Shown here piece by piece: positions 1 to 8,900 of a DNA stretch of 64,000 nt. Position numbers and translations under genes: made by a program. The stretch spans positions 5,128 through 69,127 of the forward strand of contig JBFWMJ010000003.1 of assembly GCA_050251675.1 (NCBI GenBank), given 5' to 3'. The DNA comes from Sphingobium sp. GTDB taxonomy: Bacteria; Pseudomonadota; Alphaproteobacteria; Sphingomonadales; Sphingomonadaceae. A model generated the notes under the pieces. That model saw only the letters and a program-made list of their open reading frames with translations, made no database searches and had not been told where the DNA came from. Every line of letters starts with the position of its first letter. Positions within the stretch are counted from its first letter, which is position 1.

Positions 1-180
1 GTCATGGCCGTGTGCGGCGATGACCTGGGCACGTTCCTTCGCATCGCGATGATTACGCAGAATATGCCGGTTGCCCAGCAGCGGATTGTTGCGATCCGCG
101 TCAATGAGGGTCTCGTGAGCGGCTGCGGCGATCCCGCCCTTGCGCTTTGAGACGACACGGATCGATCCGGACTGAGCCAT
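1..180 (-). CDS. hypothetical protein, first 60 codons only (runs off the left edge)
   Basis: An ATG at 180 (minus strand) opens a frame that stays open to position 1 (MAQSGSIRVVSKRKGGIAAAAHETLIDADRNNPLLGNRHILRNHRDAKERAQVIAAHGHD...). No family recognised. It lies on the island side of the tRNA-Glu junction. Confidence 0.25.
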   Translation of the reverse strand, partial: MAQSGSIRVVSKRKGGIAAAAHETLIDADRNNPLLGNRHILRNHRDAKERAQVIAAHGHD

Positions 181-282
181 TGAGTTTTCCTTTGCCGCGG
201 TTCTTTCGATCAAACAGGCGGTAAACAAGGGCAGCTATCGGGAGGCTTCATTAAGCCCGCGAGTAACTGGGATGTCAGCGGT

Positions 283-579
283 TCAGGACGGAAAGAGGGT
301 CGCACTATAGTTTGGTGCATCATGAAGAATATGAAAAATGACCACTTTCTCCCCTTCGACCCTGTAAAATATCAAATAATCCCGATGAACACGCCGTCGT
401 ACACCTGCTGCCTCATAGCGCGGGACAAGCGGAAAGCGTTCCGGCATATCAGCCAGACCAAGGCACTTTGTACCCAGTTCCTGTAGAAAGATCAGCGCCC
501 GCGCTGGATTATCACCCGCGATATAATCGCCAATCGCCTCAAGATCATACTCCGCTTCAGCCGTCAGATGGACGATCAT
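283..579 (-). CDS. parE: type II toxin, ParE/RelE superfamily
   Basis: 98-aa ORF (MIVHLTAEAEYDLEAIGDYIAGDNP...YLIFYRVEGEKVVIFHILHDAPNY) with the typical ParE-like layout. Its ATG overlaps the upstream antitoxin stop (ATGA at 576-579). Confidence 0.8.
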   Translation of the reverse strand: MIVHLTAEAEYDLEAIGDYIAGDNPARALIFLQELGTKCLGLADMPERFPLVPRYEAAGVRRRVHRDYLIFYRVEGEKVVIFHILHDAPNYSATLFPS

Positions 580-833
580 TTATCGGTGGCATCCAGCGCA
601 CGGTATTTTGCTTCCAGTCGATCAAAGACATTCTCGGCTGATGTGGTTCGACCAGCGTCCGCATCGGCAAGGCCACGGGCGATAGAGGCATCCATAGCGG
701 CCAGACGGGTTTCCCGATCATGGATCAATCGGACACCTTCGCGCAAAACCTCGCTTTTCGAATTATAGCGCCCCGTTGCGACGAGACTTGAGACGAATTG
801 CTCTAACTGTGGCCCGAGGTCTGCACTGATCAT
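576..833 (-). CDS. parD: type II antitoxin, ParD (ribbon-helix-helix) family
   Basis: MISADLGPQLEQFVSSLVATGRYNSKSEVLREGVRLIHDRETRLAAMD... resembles ParD/CC2985-type antidotes. It is translationally coupled to parE. An alternative upstream ATG at 866 is possible. Confidence 0.75.
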   Translation of the reverse strand: MISADLGPQLEQFVSSLVATGRYNSKSEVLREGVRLIHDRETRLAAMDASIARGLADADAGRTTSAENVFDRLEAKYRALDATDK

Positions 834-867
834 GCCATGGTCTCTAATCACGACAGAGGATAGCATC

Positions 868-884
868 TTATCAACAGTTGATAA
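868..884. promoter_or_regulatory. perfect 8-1-8 inverted repeat TTATCAAC-A-GTTGATAA upstream of parD; candidate ParD operator
   Basis: The palindrome is read directly from the sequence. It lies 35-50 bp upstream of the 833 start. Type II TA operons are normally autoregulated through such palindromes. Confidence 0.4.
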
Positions 885-1034
885 AGCGAGAATGCCGCGT
901 CACTGCCGAACGCTTTCGTCCATATCCCCTCGTCAGCATGATGTCCCCGTCGGCCAAAATCGCAGCGATCGGGAGCATCGATGTCGCCAGCTTTGTCCTG
1001 AACATTGCCCGAGGCATTCCCGCGATCATGCACC

Positions 1035-1585
1035 GGAGCAGGTGTGGAACTGGTATATGTTCGTCTTCGGCACGGGCGTGCGCCCAAGCGAGCAGATCGC
1101 GATGCAATGGAACGACATCGACTGGAACCACCGGACAATCCGGGTTCGGCGTGCCCGTGTCCGCGGTGAGGTGAAGGGCACCAAGACCGCTGTCGAACGC
1201 GACGTCGACCTGAGCGACGGCATGATCGCGGTGCTGGAGCGGCAGAAGCGGTTTAGCGGGACGAACGGCTTCGACACGCCGATCTTTCTCAATCCCGTCA
1301 GCGGACAGCCCTGGCCGGACGTGCAGGACCAGCGCAAGCTCTATTTCCATCCGGCGCTCGAGGCTTTGGGCCTTCGCCGGCGCGACGCGAAGCAGACCCG
1401 GCACACATCCACCACGGTCGCGCTGATGGGCGGGGGTCAATCCTGCCTATATCTCGCGGCAGCTGGGCCACGTCGATCCCAGGACGGTGTTTCGTTGCTA
1501 CGCCAGGCGGATTGACGGGGCGGATCATCACCGCGAGGCGGTCCAGCTCAACCAGCTGTTCAGCGCAACGGCACTGAGCGTCTGA
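1035..1585 (+). pseudogene. tyrosine recombinase (phage-type integrase), catalytic domain only, frameshifted
   Basis: The similarity starts at WNWYMFVFGTGVRPSEQIAMQWNDIDW...TRHTSTTVALMGG. The frame then breaks in a G5 run (1432-1436). The shifted frame continues VNPAYISRQLGHVDPRTVFRCYARRIDG...stop at 1583-1585 and includes the catalytic Tyr context. The N-terminal arm-binding and core-binding part is absent. Confidence 0.75.
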
Positions 1586-1595
1586 TCGGGAGGAA

Positions 1596-1686
1596 TTTTT
1601 CCATGGAAGGCGTCGTGGATTTAATTTTCCACGGAAAAGCGCGGTTTTCGGCGCCCTCCACGGGACATTTTTCCACGGAGGAAAAT
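1596..1686. repeat. three spaced copies of TTTTCCAYGGA (TTCCATGGAA-type half-palindromes) between the integrase 3' end and tRNA-Glu
   Basis: The copies read TTTTTCCATGGAA (1596-1608), ATTTTCCACGGAAAA (1624-1638) and ATTTTTCCACGGAGGAAAA (1667-1686). They sit in A/T-rich non-coding DNA. Confidence 0.5.
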
Positions 1687-1711
1687 AATTCAATAATATC
1701 AATAAATTAGA

Positions 1712-1786
1712 TGGTGACCCCTACGGGAATCGAACCCGTGTTTCAGCCGTGAAAGGGCCGCGTCCTAACCGCTAGACGAAGGGGCC
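1712..1786 (-). tRNA. tRNA-Glu (anticodon UUC)
   Basis: The reverse complement GGCCCCTTCGTCTAGCGGTTAGGACGCGGCCCTTTCACGGCTGAAACACGGGTTCGATTCCCGTAGGGGTCACCA folds as a cloverleaf. The anticodon loop is CTTTCAC, the T-loop is GGTTCGATTCC, and CCA is encoded. Confidence 0.9.
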
Positions 1787-1878
1787 ATGCACATGCAGCG
1801 AGGCAGCATGCGAAGCGAAGGGCGCATTAGGAGGGGAAGCGGCGCTGGTCAAGCCCTCGCTTGCGAATTTGCGCGGCA

Positions 1879-3645
1879 TCATTCCGCCCAGGCCGCATCC
1901 TCCAGATGCAGTTCGGCGGCGGGGCGGCTTCCCCAGTCGTCGATCTTGGCGCGTCCGGCGACCCACAGCCGGCGGTCGCGCGGCGCGCCCAAGATCGCCT
2001 GGCCCAGAGCGCTGTCCGCCTGACGAAAGGCAATGGTCTTGATCGACCGGCCATCGTCCCCTGCCATGATCGCGCGCAAATGGCCGTTGCCCACGACGTC
2101 CGCCCTGACCACACGCATCGGCCCGGCAGCGATCAGCGGCGCGGGCCAGCCGACGCCATAAGGGCCGCCGCCTTCGATCGCGGCCACGAAATCGGGATTG
2201 ACTCCGGCCGGCGCCAGCACCGCATCGATCAGCAGCGCACGGTCGTCGCGTGCCCGCGCCACGGCGTGGGCGAGACGGTCGTCCAGGAAATCGGCCAACG
2301 CATCCACCTGGCCGGCGGCGACCGTCAGGCCGGCGGCCATCGCATGCCCGCCCCCCGCCACCAGCAGGCCGCTGTCCTTCGCGGCCAGCACGGCAGCGCC
2401 CAGATCGACGCCCGATATCGACCGGCCCGACCCCTTGCCGACCCCGTCGGCGTCCAGCGCGACGACGATGGCGGGTCGCCCGGCCTTTTCCTTCAGCCGC
2501 CCCGCGACGATGCCGATCACGCCGGGATGCCAGCCCTGTCCGGCAACCAGCGCCACGGCACGATTGCCCTGCGCGGCGAGCAGCGCCTCTGCCTCCTCCT
2601 GCACCTGCGCCTCGATCCCGCGCCGTTCCTCGTTCAGGCGGTCGAGTTCGGCGGCGATGGCGGCGGCCTCGACCGGGTCCTGCGTGGTGAGCAGACGCAC
2701 GCCCAGATCGGCCTTGCCCACGCGTCCGCCCGCATTGATGCGCGGGCCAAGCGCAAAGCCAAGATCATGGCAGAGCGGCGCGCGTGTCAGGCGGCTGGCG
2801 TCCATCAACGCCGATAGGCCGATATTGCCGCGCCCCGCCATCACCTTCAGCCCCTGCGCGACGAACGCGCGGTTGAGCCCGCGCAGCTGGGCGACGTCAG
2901 CCACCGTGCCCAGCGCGACGATATCCAGCATGTCCATCAGACGTGGCTCGGGCCGCCCGGCGAACCAGCCGCGACCGCGCAGGACGCGCACAAGCGCCGC
3001 GCCGAGCAGGAAGGCGACGCCGACCGCCGCCAGATGGCCGTGACGCGCCGCTTCTTCCCCCTCATCCAGCCGGTTGGGATTGACGAGCGCCAGCGCGGGG
3101 GGAAGCTGTGCCGCGCATTTGTGATGATCAACGACGATGACGTCGACACCCGCCTCATGCGCCATGTCCAGGGCGTCGAACGCCTGCGCGCCGCAATCGA
3201 CCGTGACGATCAGGCTCGCCCCCTCTCCCGCCAGACGCACCAGTGCTTCGCCGGACGGACCATAGCCCTCCATCAGCCGGTCGGGGATATAGGGGCGGGC
3301 GCGCAGCCCCAGGTCACGCAGCAGACGGATGAGCAGCGCCGCGCTGGTGGCGCCGTCCACGTCATAATCGCCGAAAATACGGACATCTTCGCCCCGTTCC
3401 ACCGCATCCGCCAGACGCGCGGCGGCGGCATCCATGTCGCGAAACAGGCTGGGGTCGGGCATGAAGTCGCGGATGGTAGGACGCCGGTGCGCCTCAACCG
3501 CCTCGCGCGGGCATCCGCGCGCGAGCAGCAGCTGGGTGACAAGATCATCGGGGCGATAGCCCGGATCGCGCGCGTCCGCTCCACCACCGCGCCAGCGCCA
3601 GGGCTGGCCCAGGATCGACCGGGATATGTTAAGGGCAAGGGTCAT
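1879..3645 (-). CDS. recJ: single-stranded-DNA-specific exonuclease RecJ
   Basis: 588 aa with DHH-family motifs (IFGDYDVDGATSAALL, VTVDCG, IVVDHH) and a DHHA1-like GGGHAMAAG. Confidence 0.9.
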   Translation of the reverse strand: MTLALNISRSILGQPWRWRGGGADARDPGYRPDDLVTQLLLARGCPREAVEAHRRPTIRDFMPDPSLFRDMDAAAARLADAVERGEDVRIFGDYDVDGATSAALLIRLLRDLGLRARPYIPDRLMEGYGPSGEALVRLAGEGASLIVTVDCGAQAFDALDMAHEAGVDVIVVDHHKCAAQLPPALALVNPNRLDEGEEAARHGHLAAVGVAFLLGAALVRVLRGRGWFAGRPEPRLMDMLDIVALGTVADVAQLRGLNRAFVAQGLKVMAGRGNIGLSALMDASRLTRAPLCHDLGFALGPRINAGGRVGKADLGVRLLTTQDPVEAAAIAAELDRLNEERRGIEAQVQEEAEALLAAQGNRAVALVAGQGWHPGVIGIVAGRLKEKAGRPAIVVALDADGVGKGSGRSISGVDLGAAVLAAKDSGLLVAGGGHAMAAGLTVAAGQVDALADFLDDRLAHAVARARDDRALLIDAVLAPAGVNPDFVAAIEGGGPYGVGWPAPLIAAGPMRVVRADVVGNGHLRAIMAGDDGRSIKTIAFRQADSALGQAILGAPRDRRLWVAGRAKIDDWGSRPAAELHLEDAAWAE

Positions 3646-3841
3646 GTACCGCCGACCTTAAACGATTGTTCGCCCGGAAGGAATCATCTGATAACAGGGC
3701 GTGTCAGAAGCGGGTGGGCAGGCTTGCCCCCCATGCGGCGGGGATCGACGAAACGTGACGCAAGTGGAACCGATGCAGGCGGCCGAGCGTATTGGCAGTT
3801 CCTGCCGCAGGGCAGCGGATGGAAAGGGGCCGACGGATTTC

Positions 3842-5980
3842 ATGGGGACAGGACGCGCACGACCCGCCTTGAGCCTGGCCATGATCGCGCTGTTGCCCCT
3901 GCCTCTGGCCCTGCCGCTGATGGCGCAGGCACAGCAGACGCCCGCCCCCGCCGTCCCATCGCAGGATGCCGAAGAACCCATCCTGCCCGACGACCAGTTC
4001 GAGGCGCGCCTGCCGCGCGGTGACGATCCGGCCGATGCCACGCCGCAGGGCGATGGAGCGCTGCCGTCCCTCGACAGCTGGATCGACCGGCAGATGCCGC
4101 AGGACGCATCCTCACCGCAAGCGCCGGCCGAGCTGCCACCCGCCATCGATCCGGCGGAAGACCGCGACCTGGCGCAGCCGCTGCCGCCGCTGGACAGCGT
4201 GACCGTGCCGCTGCAGGTCGCCACCGACGCCAATCCCGACGAAAAGACCCCGGACGTGCGGTATACCGTCACGATCGAAGGGTTCGGCAAGACCGGGCTG
4301 GAAGACGAGTTCCGCGGGGCGTCCACGCTGGTCGACGGCAAGGGGAAGGCGGAAACCGCCGCCATGGTGCAGGCGCGCGCGCAACAGGACGAAACGCTGG
4401 CCGTGCGCCTTCTCTATTCGCAGGGCTATTATGACGGGACCGCGCTCGCTTCGCTGGAACAGAGCGGCGATGGCGGGTTGAAGGCCGTGTTATCGGTGAC
4501 GCCCGGCAAACGGTATGCGATCGGCGCGATCGTCATTCAGGCCGGTCCCACCCTTCCGCCGAACCTGATCCGCGACAGCCTGACGCTTACCAGCGGCGAC
4601 CCCATCGTCGCGACGGCGGTGGAGGCGGCGGAGGCCAATGTGGCGCTCAAACTGCCGGAAAACGGCTATGCCTTCGCCACGATCGGCGACCGCGACATAT
4701 TGCTCGACCCCGCCACCCTGACCGGCGACTATACGCTCCCTGTGGATACGGGACCGCGCGGGTCGTTCCGCGGCATCACCACCAGCGGCGACAAACAGGC
4801 GTTCGGCGCGGATCATATGGCGGTCATCAGCCGGTTCAGGCAAGGCCAGCTCTATGACAGCCGGAAGGTCGACGACCTGCGCCGTGCGCTCGTCGCGACG
4901 GGGCTTTTTTCCAGCGTGGGCGTGAATCCCGTCAAAACCGGCGAGGCCGGCCCTGACGGCACCGAATATGTCGACCTGCATGTCGATCAGGAAGCCGGTC
5001 CCCCGCGCACGCTGGCCGGGGAACTGGGCTATGGCACCGGCCAGGGCTTTCGCGCCGAAGGCACATGGACCCATCGCAACATGTTCCCGCCCGAAGGCGC
5101 GCTGATCCTGGGCGCCATCGCCGGCACGCAGGAACAAGGGGCGACGGCGACCTTCCGCCGCTCCAACGCAGGCAAGCGGGACAAGAGTTTCCAGACCGGC
5201 ATCACCATCCACCACCAGAATTACGACGCCTATGAAGCGTATACCGCCGGCGTCAATATCGGCTGGTCGCGCCAGTCCACGCCGATCTTCCAGAAGCGCT
5301 GGACCTACAGCTACGGCGCGGAAATCCTGCTGACCAACGAACAGACGACGATCGATCCGCTCACCGCGCAGCAGAAACGACGGACCTATTTCATCGGGGG
5401 ACTGCCGGTGCAGATCGGCTATGACCGGTCCAACGACCTCCTTAATCCCACGAGCGGTTTCCGCGCCAATCTGCGCGTCGCGCCGGAAGGGTCGCTGCAA
5501 GGCAATTTCTCCCCCTATGTGCGCGGCACGTTCGACCTTGCGGGCTATTATCCGGTATCGGACAGCCTGGTCATCGCGGCCCGCACGCGGCTGGGCACCA
5601 TAACTGGAATAGCCCGCGACGACATTGCGCCGTCACGCCGCATCTATGCGGGCGGCGGCGGTTCCGTGCGGGGCTTTGGCTATCAACAACTGGGGCCGAA
5701 GGACGTGAAGAACGATCCGATCGGCGGCCGGTCCGTCAATGAATTCGCGGTCGAAGGGCGATATCGCTTCGGCAATTACGGCATCGTCGCTTTCGTCGAT
5801 GCGGGGCAGGTGTATGAAGCGTCCATGCCCAAATTCACCGACATGCGTTATGGCGTGGGCGTGGGCGGGCGTTTCTATACCAATTTCGGTCCGTTCCGCG
5901 CGGACATCGCCATGCCGATCAACCGGCAGCCCGGCGAATCCAAATTCGCCCTCTATATCGGCATAGGGCAGGCATTCTGA
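3842..5980 (+). CDS. tamA: Omp85-family outer-membrane protein, translocation and assembly module TamA
   Basis: Signal peptide MGTGRARPALSLAMIALLPLPLALPLMAQA, POTRA-like repeats and a C-terminal surface-antigen barrel ending ...ALYIGIGQAF. It is stop/start coupled to tamB. The start was chosen at 3842 rather than the ORF-track 3701. Confidence 0.8.
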   Translation: MGTGRARPALSLAMIALLPLPLALPLMAQAQQTPAPAVPSQDAEEPILPDDQFEARLPRGDDPADATPQGDGALPSLDSWIDRQMPQDASSPQAPAELPPAIDPAEDRDLAQPLPPLDSVTVPLQVATDANPDEKTPDVRYTVTIEGFGKTGLEDEFRGASTLVDGKGKAETAAMVQARAQQDETLAVRLLYSQGYYDGTALASLEQSGDGGLKAVLSVTPGKRYAIGAIVIQAGPTLPPNLIRDSLTLTSGDPIVATAVEAAEANVALKLPENGYAFATIGDRDILLDPATLTGDYTLPVDTGPRGSFRGITTSGDKQAFGADHMAVISRFRQGQLYDSRKVDDLRRALVATGLFSSVGVNPVKTGEAGPDGTEYVDLHVDQEAGPPRTLAGELGYGTGQGFRAEGTWTHRNMFPPEGALILGAIAGTQEQGATATFRRSNAGKRDKSFQTGITIHHQNYDAYEAYTAGVNIGWSRQSTPIFQKRWTYSYGAEILLTNEQTTIDPLTAQQKRRTYFIGGLPVQIGYDRSNDLLNPTSGFRANLRVAPEGSLQGNFSPYVRGTFDLAGYYPVSDSLVIAARTRLGTITGIARDDIAPSRRIYAGGGGSVRGFGYQQLGPKDVKNDPIGGRSVNEFAVEGRYRFGNYGIVAFVDAGQVYEASMPKFTDMRYGVGVGGRFYTNFGPFRADIAMPINRQPGESKFALYIGIGQAF

Positions 5981-8900
5981 TGGCGGAAGACACCCCTCCC
6001 CCCGCGTTTCGGGACCATGACGCGGGCACCGCGCCCAAGGCCGCCAATCCCCGCGAAAAGCGCGCGCTCTGGCAGAAGATCGCGATCGGCCTTGCCGGGC
6101 TGGTCGTCGCGCTGGTCGTGCTGGTCGCCGGGCTGCTGCTGTTCCTCGACACCCAGCCGGGCAAACGCTTCCTGATCGGACAGATCGCCGCGCTGAAGCT
6201 TGAATCGGGGATGGGCATAGAGGTCGGGCGGATCGAAGGGTCGATCTACAGCGACATGGTGATCCACGACCTGATCCTGCGCGACCCGAAGGGGGCGTTC
6301 GCGGTCAGCCCCCGGGTGCATGTGGTGTGGAAACCGTTCCGCTACATCCACAACCATCTGTCGGTGGCGCTGCTGGAAAGCCCGCTGATCGTGCTCGCGC
6401 GCAGTCCGCAGTTCAACGAAACGCCCACCGACCCGGATGCGCCGATCCTGCCCGATCTGGACATCGACGTCGACCGGCTGAAAATCACGCGCTTCCTGGT
6501 GGCAAAGCCGGTCATCGGCCAGAAGCGCGAGATCGCGATCGACGGCGTGGCGCATATCGCCGACGGTCGCGCGCAATTGTCGGCCAATGCTCTGGTGGAC
6601 AGCGGCGACCGGCTGGAAGCGAATCTGGACGCCGTGCCCGCACAGAACCGGCTGGCGATGAGCGGCACGCTGACCGCACCCAAGGGCGGCGTAATCGCGG
6701 CGATGACGGGGCTGACCGACGGCGTGACCGCCACGCTGGACGGCAAGGGAACATGGCAGGCGTGGAACGGGCGGATCGTCGCGACCAGCCCCAAGGGTGA
6801 ACTGGCAAACATCGCCCTGGCCGCGCGAGACGGCAATTTCACCGCGAAGGGACCGGTGCGGCCCGGTCTGGTGTTCGCCGGCACGGTCGACCGGCTGACC
6901 GGCCCGCAACTGGATGTGGACCTGTTCGCGGGGCTGGACGAACGGCGCGCGACCCTGAAAGGCACGCTGCGCTCCCCGGCGCTGGCCGCCGATGCACAGG
7001 GGATGGTGGATCTGGGCAAGAGCCGGTTCGGCGCGCTGCGCATCAACGCCGCGCTGCTGACGCCCGGCGCGATCATGGAAAAGGTCAAGGGCAGGGACGT
7101 CCGCGCCTCCGTCATCCTTGACGGACCGATGGCGACACCCTTCATCGACTATGACCTGTCGGCCGCCTACCTCGCCTTCGACGCGACGGGGATCGAGAAT
7201 CTGAAGGCCAGCGGCCGCGCGGTTATCGACACCGACCGCATCCGCATTCCCGTAAACGCCACCGCGACGCGGGTGACCGGCCTTAATGCCGCAGCCGGCG
7301 GCCTGCTCGAAAATCTGCGCGTTAACGGCGATTTCGCCTATGCGGGCGGCAAGCTGATCAGCGACAATCTCAAGATCAAGAGCAACCGGATCGACGCGAC
7401 GGCGATCGTGCTCGCCGACCTCGACAATGCGCTGTATCGCGGCGCGCTGAAGGGCCGGGTCAACGACTACAAGATCGACGGCGTAGGCATCGTCAATCTC
7501 AACACCGACATAGAACTGGTGCCGGGGCCAAAGGGCGGATTCGGCCTGTCGGGCAAATTCGGCGTGCGCACCGCGCGTTGGGAGAATGCGTCGGTGCGCG
7601 ATTTCCTGGGCGGCAACGCCGTCATGGCCGGTCGCATCGGCATGACACCGGAAGGCACCTTCACCCTTGCCGGGCTCAAGGGCGCGGCGCCCAATTTCAC
7701 GGTCCATTCCGGGTCTGGCAGCTATGATACGAACGGCCGGATCACATTCGACACCGCCGCCACATCAAAGCAATATGGTCCCCTGACCCTGTCGGTGCGC
7801 GGCACGATGGATCAGCCCCAGGCGGTGCTGCGCGCGGCGCGGCCCAATGTCGGCGTGCAACTGACCGACGTCGTGGCGAAGCTGAACGGCGAAGCGGGCG
7901 GCTATCGGCTGGAGGCAAATGGCGGGTCCCCTTATGGTCCCTTCTTCGCCAATGTGCTGATCCGCACGGCGCAGGGGCCGCTGACCATCGACGTCACGCG
8001 CGCGCGTTTCGCCGGCGTGGACATGCAGGGACGCATCCAGCAGACCCAGGCCGGCCCTTTTGCCGGGCAACTGGCCATGAACGGATCGGGCATCGTCGGC
8101 ACCGTCCGACTCGCGGCGGTCGGCGCGGCGCAGGGCGTGGACGTCAACGCCACCGCCAGCAACGCGAAATTGCCGGGCGACGCCGACATCGTCATCGGCC
8201 GCGCGATCGTCACCGCGTCGATGGTGCTGACCGACCAGCCCCGCATCGTCGCCGACGTTCAGATGGCGAACGCCGCCTATGGCGCCTATGTCGTGCGCAA
8301 GGCGCGCGGCAAGGTGGATTATCAGGGCGGGCGCGGACGCGTGCAGCTGGTCGCGGACGGTTCCAGCGGCGTGCCCTTTTCCGTGGCTGTCAACGCCGCC
8401 CTGCGGCCAGACCTCTATGCCGTGGCGGTGCAGGGCCGCGCGAGCAATGTCGATTTTCGCCTGGCAAAGCCGGCGATCATCCGGGTTGGCAAGGACGGCT
8501 ATGCGCTGGAACCGGCAACGCTGGTCCTGCCGCAGGGCCGCGTCGACCTGGCCGGGCGTTTCGGCGACCGGACGGCGCTGCAGGCTCGCTTCAAGGATTT
8601 CGACCTTGCCATCGTCAACATGGCGTCGCCGGGGCTGGGGATAGGCGGCAGGGCGACCGGCACGGTCGACTTCGCCCAGAGCGGCAGCGCATTCCCCACC
8701 GCAACGGCGCGTCTTGCCATCAACGATTTCCGCCGGTCCAGCCTGACCGCCGTATCCAGCCCCGTGTCGATGAGCGTCGAGGGCAAGCTTTCGGGCGCCG
8801 GCGGCGACCTGCGCGGCCTCATCCGGCGCGGCAACGCGACGCTCGGCCGGTTCGTCGCGACGCTCAGCCCGCCAGGATCAGGCGCCAGCTGGACGGAGCA

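Noticed and set aside
832-1034. The 5' part of ORF 832-1515, considered as a possible integrase N-terminus.
   Set aside because: The translation (MPWSLITTEDSILSTVDKARMPRHCRTLSS...) has no integrase-like features and overlaps the parD start and promoter. Similarity to recombinases begins only around 1035.
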